A stretch of 24,656 bases of DNA from a bacterium (GTDB taxonomy: Bacteria; Hinthialibacterota; Hinthialibacteria; Hinthialibacterales; Hinthialibacteraceae), in the NCBI GenBank assembly GCA_041946805.1, contig JBHGBC010000086.1:1-24656 (forward strand). Direction: 5' to 3'. The position numbers were made by a program, and so were the translations under genes. Positions 1-7,482 of the stretch are shown piece by piece. How positions within the stretch are numbered: the stretch's first letter is position 1; each line of letters starts with the position of its first letter. Under the pieces are notes generated by a model, which worked only from the letters and a program-made list of their open reading frames with translations, made no database searches and was not told the origin of the DNA.

Positions 1-14
1 TAAATTGTCTGAAT

Positions 15-50
15 CAGGATGGCCAGGATGGCCAAGATGACCAGGATTTT
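15..50. repeat. Four tandem 9-bp units (CAGGATGGC, CAGGATGGC, CAAGATGAC, CAGGATTTT)
   Basis: Read directly at 15-23, 24-32, 33-41 and 42-50. Intergenic, at the window edge. Confidence 0.8.
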
Positions 51-81
51 AGTGGATTTCGCGATGCTCAACCCACCTTAC
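51..81 (-). repeat. Degenerate REP-like palindrome (GTAAGGTGGGTTGAGCATCGCGAAATCCACT on the minus strand)
   Basis: A GTAG-like tetranucleotide (GTAA) followed by an imperfect hairpin GGTGGGTT...AATCCACT, which is the architecture of RAYT-associated REPs. Confidence 0.55.
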
Positions 82-119
82 ATTTTCATGGGAAAAATAA
101 TCACCGAAAGGATACGGCA

Positions 120-1745
120 ATGAAAAAAAATCTTTACATCATCGGCATCATCGCGTGTTTGATGTTCACGGGCGCTTATCTTTACGCGCAAAGCGCCGGA
201 TCTTCCTCTCCGGCGGCGGAAATCCCACCCTCCGCTTCTTCCAATGTCCTGCCGCCGGCGGTGCAGCCCGGACTCCCCTCACCCGCGAAGCAGGCCGGTC
301 CTGTTCAACCGGCCGCCCCGGAGGCCGCGCCCCAACCGGCCCCGTCCGCCGGGGCCATACCAGCGGATCAGGCGGCGCCTGTTCAACCGGCCGCTCCGAA
401 AGTCCCGCCCCAGTCGCTCCCATCGTCTTCCGGCCCCCAACCGGAGGGCCAAAACGTGGGATTTCCCACCGGCATGGGCTATGGCATGGGCGGCATGATG
501 GGCTCCGCGGAGAGCGGCGCGTCTGTCGGCATGGCCGGTGAAGGGGAATCCGGCATGATGGGATTCGGTTACATGGGACCCTCTCCAAATGTGTACGGTG
601 GCATGGGCATGATGGGAAGTGGCATGGGCATGGGCTATGGGATGGGGGGATTCGGGGTGGCCGGATTTCCCATCGACGTCACGGGCGAAATGTCCATCAA
701 GCCCTTTCCCATAGGCAATCTGCCCATGAACGCCGTGTGTGAAATTCTGCAACGCCGGGCCGGGGGAATCCGCTTCTACATGATGCCCAACAAAATCGTG
801 GCCATCGGGTCGAAAGACGATCTCCATCGCGTCCAGCAGGTCCTGAACCAGATCGGCGCCAGCATGGGGGAACCCGTGGGGTCCGCCCTGCCCGCGAATA
901 TCGCTTACCAAGTGTATATCGTGGAAGTGCCTTCGCAAAGGGAGGAAATGTTTTCCTTCTACATGACGCTCCGCTATATTTCCTTGGCTAATCCGCTTAC
1001 TGGATTTGATGAGTTTGATTTTGACGGAATGATCGTGGAGCAATTTTCCAGCCATGAGACCGACAGCACCCTGGTCGATGGGAAATCCCAGGCGAATATG
1101 GAAATCAACATCAATGGCAAGACCCGCTCCGAGAAATTGCTGGAGGAACTGGTGGCTTTCATTCAAAAAAAGGTGAAATCCCAAGTGTCGGTAACGGGAA
1201 TGCGGATCGAAAAAGATGAATCGGCTCTGGATCCCTCCCAGAGCGGATACGGAAGGTATAGAAGCCGGACCGGCCAAAAAGAATCTCAAAGCGCGGAGCT
1301 CGCGCCCGCCCAAGTCATCGTGAATTTGCCGGAAGGGATTCAAAAAAACCTCGCCCAGTTGCTGGGTCCGGATACCCAAACCGTGGGTTACTGGTTCGGC
1401 AACAGCGCCCTGCCGGGGAAATGCCAAACCTCGATCGGCAATTGGAATCTCTCGCTGGTGACGATAGAATCAGGACCTTCCGATTTCCTGCTCGAACTCA
1501 AATTGACCGGCGAGGGCGTGGAAATCGAGAACACGGTGAACGCCAAGATCGGCCAACCGGTGCTCGTCGGGTACAACCGCAACATGAGAGGTATGTTGTT
1601 GCCGGGTGCGCTGGTGATTATTCCCCGGGAGAGTTTCGACAGCGCACCGGTAAGCGAAATCCCATCGAAGAGCACCTCGGCCGCCCCGGACGCCGCCGCT
1701 CCCGTGGTTCCGGCGGCACCGACGGCACCCTCCTCACCGAGGTAA
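120..1745 (+). CDS. Secreted hypothetical protein with Pro/Ala-rich and Gly/Met-rich low-complexity regions and a probable NolW-like (secretin N-domain) repeat
   Basis: 541-aa ORF with AAGGA RBS upstream. Signal peptide MKKNLYIIGIIACLMFTGAYLYA|Q. The segment IKPFPIGNLPMNAVCEIL...PNKIVAIGSKDDLHRVQQVLNQIG fits the NolW-like pattern. The CDS is secure; the domain call is tentative. Confidence 0.8.
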   Translation: MKKNLYIIGIIACLMFTGAYLYAQSAGSSSPAAEIPPSASSNVLPPAVQPGLPSPAKQAGPVQPAAPEAAPQPAPSAGAIPADQAAPVQPAAPKVPPQSLPSSSGPQPEGQNVGFPTGMGYGMGGMMGSAESGASVGMAGEGESGMMGFGYMGPSPNVYGGMGMMGSGMGMGYGMGGFGVAGFPIDVTGEMSIKPFPIGNLPMNAVCEILQRRAGGIRFYMMPNKIVAIGSKDDLHRVQQVLNQIGASMGEPVGSALPANIAYQVYIVEVPSQREEMFSFYMTLRYISLANPLTGFDEFDFDGMIVEQFSSHETDSTLVDGKSQANMEININGKTRSEKLLEELVAFIQKKVKSQVSVTGMRIEKDESALDPSQSGYGRYRSRTGQKESQSAELAPAQVIVNLPEGIQKNLAQLLGPDTQTVGYWFGNSALPGKCQTSIGNWNLSLVTIESGPSDFLLELKLTGEGVEIENTVNAKIGQPVLVGYNRNMRGMLLPGALVIIPRESFDSAPVSEIPSKSTSAAPDAAAPVVPAAPTAPSSPR

Positions 1746-1762
1746 GGTGAAATGCAAATATG

Positions 1763-1842
1763 GGGAGGGCGAGGCTCCCGCCGAGCCGTGTTTTTTTGAA
1801 TCCTCGCGGTTCAATGCGGCTCACCAGGAGGTTCGCCCTCCC
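1763..1842. repeat. Inverted pair of 26-bp REP-like arms (REPIN-like) between convergent genes; may also act as a terminator
   Basis: GGGAGGGCGAGGCTCCCGCCGAGCCG (1763-1788) versus the reverse complement of 1817-1842, GGGAGGGCGAACCTCCTGGTGAGCCG. Confidence 0.75.
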
Positions 1843-1852
1843 ATTTTGTATA

Positions 1853-2977
1853 TCATCCTTTGAGATTTTCTGGATTGAGTCCGCGCAGTTCGGGTAGAAC
1901 GAAGAAGCCGTCCTGGCGGATCAGGACGTCGTCGAAATAGATTTCGCCGCCGCCGTACTCGGGGCGCTGGATGAGCACCAGGTCCCAATGCAAGGTGGAG
2001 TGGTTGCCGTTGGGGGCGTCATCGTAGCAGGCTCCCAGGGCGAAATGCAGCGAGCCGGCGATTTTCTCGTCGAAAAGAGTATCCTTCATGGGAGTGAGGA
2101 TGTAGGGATTGTAGCCGAGGGCGAATTCGCCGATGTACGATGCGCCCTCGTCGGCGGTCAGGGCCTTGCGCAGCGCGGCGGTATTCGGCCCGGCGTCCAT
2201 CTCCACCACGCGGCCGTTTTCGAACCGCAGGCGGATGTTTTCGTAGAGCAGGCCTTCGTGCAGCGAGGGCGTGTTGAACTGGATGGTCCCATTCACCGAA
2301 TCCCGCACCGGCGCGGTGAAGCATTCGCCGTCGGGGATGTTCATCGTGCCCGAGCAAGGGACGGCGGGGATGTTCTTAATCGAAAAGCGCAGGTCAGTCC
2401 CGGGAGAGACGATCCGCACGCGGTCCGTGGCTTCCATGAGCCGCTTCAAGGGGGCGGCCGCCTCGTCCATGCGGGCGTAATTCAGGCAGCAAACATCGTA
2501 GAAGAATTTTTGGAAACCCTCGCTGGACATCTGCGCCAGCTGGCACATGGCGGGATTGGGATAGCGCATGACGCACCAGCGGGTGTGCTTCACGCGCTGC
2601 TCGATGTGCACCGGGCCGGTGATGTACTTGTCGTACAGGTCCAGTTTTTCGCGGGGGACGTCGGAGAGTTCAAAGACGTTGGCGCTTCCGCGGATGCCGA
2701 TGTACACCTGCGCCTGCTGCATCTCGAGCAGCAGGAATTCGCCCAGTTTCTTGAAGGTGTCTTCGCTGCCCTCGAGCAGCAGCCGCCGCGTGGCCGGGTC
2801 ATTCTCAAAATAGAGATACGGCACGCCACCGGCCAGGAGGGTTTCCGAGAGCACCGCCTCGGCCAGGTCCCAGGTATCGAATCCCTTGCCGTGGATGAAC
2901 ACGAGGTCGCCCGGCCGCACGCGGGTGGAATAGCGCACGATCGTGTTCGCGAGAGAATGAATCCGGTCAAAAAACAT
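1853..2977 (-). CDS. M29 family aminopeptidase (AmpS/AmpT/PepS-like metallopeptidase)
   Basis: 374 aa with the family motifs NIPDGECFTAP, GEFALGYNP, LFDEKIAGSLHFALG and NHSTLHWDLV. Confidence 0.93.
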   Translation of the reverse strand: MFFDRIHSLANTIVRYSTRVRPGDLVFIHGKGFDTWDLAEAVLSETLLAGGVPYLYFENDPATRRLLLEGSEDTFKKLGEFLLLEMQQAQVYIGIRGSANVFELSDVPREKLDLYDKYITGPVHIEQRVKHTRWCVMRYPNPAMCQLAQMSSEGFQKFFYDVCCLNYARMDEAAAPLKRLMEATDRVRIVSPGTDLRFSIKNIPAVPCSGTMNIPDGECFTAPVRDSVNGTIQFNTPSLHEGLLYENIRLRFENGRVVEMDAGPNTAALRKALTADEGASYIGEFALGYNPYILTPMKDTLFDEKIAGSLHFALGACYDDAPNGNHSTLHWDLVLIQRPEYGGGEIYFDDVLIRQDGFFVLPELRGLNPENLKG

Positions 2978-3088
2978 GAAATTCGCCTCGGTATAAGGGT
3001 GATAGGAAGACAGGTAAAAATAGTGCCATATGCCCCGGTGGAAAAGGGTGAGGAGAGAAGGATGGGGTGGAGAGGTATAGAAAACAAA

Positions 3089-3115
3089 GTAGGGGCGGAC
3101 CTAGGTGTCCGCCTC
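3089..3115 (+). repeat. GTAG-REP, copy overlapping the 3' end of the RAYT gene
   Basis: GTAG GGGCGGAC CTAGGT GTCCGCCT C: GTAG followed by a hairpin. Confidence 0.85.
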
Positions 3116-3360
3116 TTGCTTTTCTTTTACCATGTTCTCTGGATTTTCATCATCGAAATTCCACCGTGTTGGATTATTGGCAATATAATCACTGATCTCC
3201 ACGAATTCTGTGTGATTGCGGATGATATGTTCATAATAATTACGCTGCCCCAGCCGCTTGTCATATGGTTGCCAATTTGCGGTTCTAATTTTTTGGATGT
3301 ATTCAAAGGTTGTGACGGTTTTAAACCAGTGAATTATACGGGGTAATGAAACCATGTCCC

Positions 3361-3424
3361 GTGGGAGTGGACTGGGATGTCCGCCGGTAGAATTAACGGG
3401 GCGGACACCTAGGTCCGCCCCTAC
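3361..3424. repeat. Inverted REP pair (REPIN) inside the RAYT coding sequence
   Basis: 3398-3424 on minus reads GTAGGGGCGGACCTAGGTGTCCGCCCC. 3361-3385 on plus reads GTGGGAGTGGACTGGGATGTCCGCC, a decayed copy in the opposite orientation. Confidence 0.8.
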
Positions 3425-3726
3425 AAGGAGATCGGATTTTGCGTTTTCGTATTGGATTGTGATTATCCCATGAACATGGTTGGGCATGATTACCTAAGGC
3501 TGGTTGTCAATGGTTGGGAATTTATGTGTCAATTCCAACCACCGTTTTAGAATCATTCTACCGGCATCATTTATATGCATAATTCCATCTATAATTTCGC
3601 CTAGAAGGCATTGCCGGTTTTGTACGCAAATGGTCACGAAGTAGGAACCATTCCGTGAATAATCGTACCCTTTCAGGCGAATAGACCGCCGAAGATGCTT
3701 CTCTGGATCAGAATGGTTTGCGTTCT

Positions 3727-3752
3727 GTAGGGGCGGACCTTTGTGTCCGCCC
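3727..3752 (+). repeat. GTAG-REP at the 5' end of the RAYT core
   Basis: GTAG GGGCGGAC CTTTGT GTCCGCCC. Confidence 0.85.
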
Positions 3753-3753
3753 T

Positions 3754-3808
3754 CATCCCGGAGTGAATGGAATCGATTTAACTCCTGATGTACGCACTTC
3801 CCGGATGA
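3754..3808 (+). repeat. 55-bp element, copy A (inverted copy B at 24601-24656)
   Basis: The first 22 nt match copy B at 21/22 and the last 19 nt match at 19/19; the middle differs. Confidence 0.85.
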
Positions 3809-3943
3809 ACCAATTTTTGATATCGAATCCAATGGAATTCATTATATTATATATTATTTTTTTAAAATATACAACATGCCTTTTCCAAAGATGTGCCAGA
3901 TAATAATTCAATCGTATAAGCAGATGTTCCAGCCAGTAATGCA

Positions 3944-3970
3944 GGGACGGACCGGGATGCCCGCTCCTAC
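3944..3970 (-). repeat. Degenerate GTAG-REP
   Basis: Minus strand GTAG GAGCGGGC ATCCCG GTCCGTCCC. It is inverted relative to the 3727 copy. Confidence 0.6.
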
Positions 3971-3976
3971 AAATTT

Positions 3977-4005
3977 CCCTCACCCTGACCCTCTGGGAGA
4001 GGGGA
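3977..4005 (+). repeat. CCCTCACCC-type palindromic repeat, copy 1 (internally deleted)
   Basis: CCCTCACCCTGACCCTCTGGGAGAGGGGA. Confidence 0.7.
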
Positions 4006-4181
4006 TTGGTTACCTCCGTCCTCCCTGGCACCCCTCCTTATCCCTCGCCCTGGGCGGAAGGTGATTGTATAGTTTCACGGTTGGAACGGGAAATCGGCAG
4101 AGGAAAGACGGGGGCGGATGAATCGCGCCGGCACAACGAAAAGCGCCGCGCGCCATCACAACGAAGAGGGAGAGCGGCATC

Positions 4182-5267
4182 GTGCATAAAGTACTCAAGA
4201 CCATCGCTCAACAAGCCAATCTGGACCGGGTGTTGTTCACGCCCGCGCTGAAGAAGATCTACGTGGAAATGGCCCTGGCGGCCGGCGGGGCCACGCAGTT
4301 CAAGCACGTGGAAGACGTGCGCAAGGGCCTGTCGTTCGCGGCCGACAAGGCGGACGACGAGAAGCATATCCTGTTGTTCTGCACCTCGCATGAGCTCTTT
4401 TTGGGCTATGACATGCTGGTGCGCTCGGCGGCCGAGATGCTGCCCTTCGTGGTGCTGGCCACGCGCAGCGAGGTGGAGGACAAGTTCAACGACAACTGGT
4501 CGTTCCTGCAGTTCCGCGACACGGGCTGCATCCAGTTCCACACCCACACGCTGCAGGAAGTCTACAACCACCTGGCCATCGCCTACCACATGTTCGAGAC
4601 CAAGAACGTCCGGCTGCCGGTGCTGGTGCTGCACTCCAGCATCATGCAGAAAAACCAGACCTTCGCGCCGCGCGAGGGGCTGGAGATGGGCAATCCGCTG
4701 GTGGGCCTGGAGAGTTCGCGCGTGCGGCGCAAGCTGGGCTTCGAGGACGCCCTGGCCCTCGCCCGGGAAGAGAAAGCCCGCCCGACCCTGCGCAGCATCC
4801 ACGAGACCTTGGTGGAGAACCTGCGGGAGATTTATAGCAACTTGGGCTACGTTCTGCCCGAGGAGGGGCTGCCCTACCGGGGCGAATTCGCCAAGGGAGA
4901 CATCGCGATCCTCTCCATGGTCCCTGCTGACGTGGAGGACGAGCGCGCCGGCCATATCACCCGGCTGCTGTGCTACCGGCCCATCGCCATGGGTGCGTTG
5001 ATGAAGCAAATGGCGGAGAAAAAGATCGTGGTGGTGATTGAACCCCGGCCCACGCCCGGCTCGCTGCCCGCGTTCTTCACGGAGATCCGCACCACCATGC
5101 CGCCGGAATTCAAGGGACAGGTCATCTCGATCACATGCCCGGCGAGCACGACGATCTTGTACAGCAAGCACTTGGACCATATTGACGAGATCGTGGCGAA
5201 GATCAAGAAGTCGCCCAAGAAGGCCCTGCCGGTGTACGACCTAGCCCGGGATGACGCCGGCGAGTGA
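4182..5267 (+). CDS. Divergent pyruvate/2-oxoacid:ferredoxin oxidoreductase alpha-subunit-like protein (PorA-like), catalytic motifs degenerate
   Basis: GTG start with GAGGGAG RBS and strong GC3 bias. LPFVVLATR...RDTGCIQF....LQEVYNHLAIAYHMFE...VRLPVLV matches PorA domain I (LPIV...NR...RDTGWIQL....QEAYD....AF.IAE...LLPVMV). YRPI...KIVVVIE.....G....FFTEIR matches PorA domain II. Confidence 0.75.
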   Translation: MHKVLKTIAQQANLDRVLFTPALKKIYVEMALAAGGATQFKHVEDVRKGLSFAADKADDEKHILLFCTSHELFLGYDMLVRSAAEMLPFVVLATRSEVEDKFNDNWSFLQFRDTGCIQFHTHTLQEVYNHLAIAYHMFETKNVRLPVLVLHSSIMQKNQTFAPREGLEMGNPLVGLESSRVRRKLGFEDALALAREEKARPTLRSIHETLVENLREIYSNLGYVLPEEGLPYRGEFAKGDIAILSMVPADVEDERAGHITRLLCYRPIAMGALMKQMAEKKIVVVIEPRPTPGSLPAFFTEIRTTMPPEFKGQVISITCPASTTILYSKHLDHIDEIVAKIKKSPKKALPVYDLARDDAGE

Positions 5268-5372
5268 AGTGTAAAAATTCTTTGCCGGGATTAAAAATCA
5301 GGGCGGGCAGGAAGAATAGATCAGGGGGGATGTGGTGCAAATCGGAAGGGAAAACCACGCAGCAAGGTTTTA

Positions 5373-5406
5373 CCCTCACCCCGGCCCTCTCCCAGAAGGA
5401 GAGGGA
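5373..5406 (+). repeat. CCCTCACCC-type palindromic repeat, copy 2, between convergent genes
   Basis: CCCTCACCCCGGCCCTCTCCCAGAAGGAGAGGGA, with hairpin CCCTCTCC/GGAGAGGG. Confidence 0.8.
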
Positions 5407-5464
5407 GCATAGAAGAAAAGCTTATTGTCGATGGGCTGTGCTGTGCGTTAAGCCTACGCTGTAT

Positions 5465-6823
5465 TTATTTTGAGTTCCCGGCGCCGAGGTTGCGCAGTTC
5501 GTCGCCGAAGACGGTTTGGTTGTGGGGCATGGCGCTTTCCCATTGGTGGTAGATGTCGCGCAGCCAGTACACGATGTCGATGTTGCGTTCCTTGCGGTTC
5601 ACCTGCTCGCCGGGATCTTCCTCCAGGTTGAAGAGATACTCCTCATCCTTGATTTTCAGCCATTTCCAATGGCCCCAGCGCAGCGCCTTCTGAGCGTGCC
5701 AGTTGTCGCGCCACACGAAGGTCTGCTCAACCGGCGGTTTCCAGCCGCTGAGGAAGGCCAGCAGGCTCATGCCGTCCATCCGGCGGGTGGGTTTCACCCG
5801 CGCGGCGGAGAGCAAGGTGGCGGAGAGATCCATGGTGATGGCCGACTGGGGGGAAACCGTCCCCGCGGGGAGCAGGTTGGGCCAGCGGCAGATGCAGGGG
5901 ACGCGGATGCCGCCGTCCCAGAGGGTTCCCTTTTGCCCCCGCAAGGGCAGGTTGCGCCCCAGGTGGTCGCCGCCGTTGTCGCTGGCGAAGATCACCAGCG
6001 TGTTGTCCACCAATCCTTTTTCCACGAGCGCTTGCAGGATTTGCCCGATGCCCTCGTCCAGGCGCTCGACCATGCGGGCGTAATCGGCGCGGCCGCCGTG
6101 CTGGGACCAGGCGGGGCCTTCGAGGATGAGGCCGCGGTCTTCCGGACGTTGAATAGGCCAGTGGGGGGCGTTGTAGGCCGAGTATAAAAAGAAGGAATGG
6201 CCCGCGTGGCGGTGGATGAAATCGACGGAGCGTGCGGTGATCAGATCGGTGATGTAACCGTCGCGCTGGACGGGTTCGGTGTTCTCGAACAGGTCCGATT
6301 CGCCGGTGTTTTCGATATGGCGGAAATAATCGATGTTGCCGCTGAGGAGGCCGAAGAATTCATGGAAGCCGTGGCGGTTGGGTCCCCATTCGGGCCGCGC
6401 GCCGAGATGCCACTTGCCGAACATCCCGGTGGCGTATCCCGCCTCTTTGAGCATGGAGGCGATGGTGATTTCCTCCGGCGGCAGGCCCACGGTCTTGATG
6501 CCGGGATGGATGGCCCATTCCAGGTTCTGCTGGCGCTGCTGGTAGCAACCGGTCATCAGGGCGCAGCGGGTTGGGGTGCAGACCGGAGCGGCGGCGTAAT
6601 AATCGGTGAGGCGCACGCCCTCCGCGGCCAGGCGGTCGAGGTTCGGCGTGCGGATATCGGGGCAGCCGTAGCAACCCAGATCGCCATAGCCCAGGTCGTC
6701 GGCCAGGATCAGCACCAGGTTGGGGCGGCCCGGATCGGGTTTCTCGAGAGCGGCCAGCGGTCCCGCGGCGGCGGCGAGAGCGGCGGTGGATAAAAAAGAC
6801 CGCCGGGTAAGGGAATTATTCAT
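5465..6823 (-). CDS. Tat-exported Cys-type (formylglycine-dependent) sulfatase, arylsulfatase A-like
   Basis: Twin-arginine signal TRRSFL. Motifs PNLVLILADDLGYGD, CTPTRCALMTG (CxPxR), GKWHLG, APHWP, SDNG and KGTLWDGGIRVP. Confidence 0.95.
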   Translation of the reverse strand: MNNSLTRRSFLSTAALAAAAGPLAALEKPDPGRPNLVLILADDLGYGDLGCYGCPDIRTPNLDRLAAEGVRLTDYYAAAPVCTPTRCALMTGCYQQRQQNLEWAIHPGIKTVGLPPEEITIASMLKEAGYATGMFGKWHLGARPEWGPNRHGFHEFFGLLSGNIDYFRHIENTGESDLFENTEPVQRDGYITDLITARSVDFIHRHAGHSFFLYSAYNAPHWPIQRPEDRGLILEGPAWSQHGGRADYARMVERLDEGIGQILQALVEKGLVDNTLVIFASDNGGDHLGRNLPLRGQKGTLWDGGIRVPCICRWPNLLPAGTVSPQSAITMDLSATLLSAARVKPTRRMDGMSLLAFLSGWKPPVEQTFVWRDNWHAQKALRWGHWKWLKIKDEEYLFNLEEDPGEQVNRKERNIDIVYWLRDIYHQWESAMPHNQTVFGDELRNLGAGNSK

Positions 6824-6915
6824 GATGGCACTCGATCAATATTTTTCTAGTTCGTGTTAGTGGGCTACGCTTCGCTTTGAGCCCCCCCCTCATTCCTGCT
6901 TTTGTCCAACGTCGT

Positions 6916-6973
6916 AGTAGGGGCACGTTGCAACGTGCCCCTACTGATTAGGTTGCCCCGTGCCCCTACTGAT
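6916..6973. repeat. Perfect 30-bp GTAG...CTAC palindrome plus a duplicated half copy
   Basis: AGTAGGGGCACGTTG|CAACGTGCCCCTACT (6916-6945). CGTGCCCCTACTGAT occurs at 6934-6948 and again at 6959-6973. Confidence 0.85.
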
Positions 6974-6990
6974 GCGATTGTCGAATATTT

Positions 6991-7024
6991 CCCTCACCCA
7001 AGCCCTCTCCCGGAGGGAGAGGGA
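6991..7024 (+). repeat. CCCTCACCC-type palindromic repeat, copy 3
   Basis: CCCTCACCCAAGCCCTCTCCCGGAGGGAGAGGGA. Confidence 0.8.
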
Positions 7025-7150
7025 ATTATTTACTTCTATTTTGATAAATCCAGGGTGTTGCCCCGGATTGGCTTCCTCCGCGCCCGTGGGCGCGTCCGCT
7101 TCTGGCTGAAGGCGAACACGATCCTCAATCCCAATGGATCCGAAAGAACG

Positions 7151-7233
7151 TAGCCGGGGTGGGATTCGAACCCACAAGCCGTTTCCGGCAAGGGATTTTA
7201 AGTCCCTCGTGTATACCGTTCCACCACCCGGCC
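7151..7233 (-). tRNA. tRNA-Leu (anticodon TAA), CCA not encoded
   Basis: Cloverleaf: acceptor GGCCGGG/CCCGGCT plus discriminator A; D arm GTG..GG..CAC; anticodon arm AGGGA CT-TAA-AA TCCCT; long variable arm GCCG GAAA CGGC; T arm GTGGG TTCGAAT CCCAC. Confidence 0.96.
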
Positions 7234-7292
7234 GTACGAATTCAGGCTCTGTCTGCCAGGGAAGAATCATTCGTCGTGTCCCGGCAGGGCTT

Positions 7293-7327
7293 CCCTCACC
7301 CTAGCCCTCTCCCCGAGGGTGAGGGGA
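7293..7327 (+). repeat. CCCTCACCC-type palindromic repeat, copy 4
   Basis: CCCTCACCCTAGCCCTCTCCCCGAGGGTGAGGGGA. Confidence 0.8.
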
Positions 7328-7482
7328 TTGCCGGTTTTTTACGCCAACCGTGTCCGGCCTTGCGGCTTCAGCCGGTGCTGGTCCACTCGTTGATTAGCCA
7401 AGCGGCCATTCCTCTCCCGGCAAAAACAATGACGCCAACGCGATTCTCATCATAGCCAAATTCCTGGAATTCCTGAATGGTC

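Larger units (their letters stand above)
3101..3832 (-). pseudogene. REP-associated tyrosine transposase (RAYT, IS200/IS605 Y1 HUH superfamily), interrupted by an in-frame TAG
   Basis: ORFs 3494-3832 and 3101-3487 are in the same frame (...NQP-TAG-VIMPNHVHGII). Motifs: RRSIRLKGYDYS..G.YFVTIC, HUH motif MPNHVHGI, QRNYYEHIIR, and the catalytic Tyr region YIANNP.RW. The conserved W of WQRNY is G (GGG). The region is AT-rich relative to its flanks and is flanked by GTAG-REPs. The true start is uncertain. Confidence 0.88.

Noticed and set aside
3494..3496. In-frame TAG in the RAYT as pyrrolysine, recoding or an alternative genetic code
   Set aside because: TAG acts as a normal stop at 19726-19728, no pyl genes are present, and a second lesion (W-to-G) supports simple pseudogenisation.
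7151..7180. tRNA-Leu 3' end as an attachment site for an integrated island
   Set aside because: I found no duplicate of the tRNA 3' end and no integrase in the window. A partner site outside the window cannot be excluded.
3089..7327. Recurrent ~27-35-bp palindromic repeats as a CRISPR array
   Set aside because: Spacing is irregular (tens to thousands of bp), the GTAG copies have mixed orientation, the copies are degenerate, and there are no cas genes. They fit REP elements.
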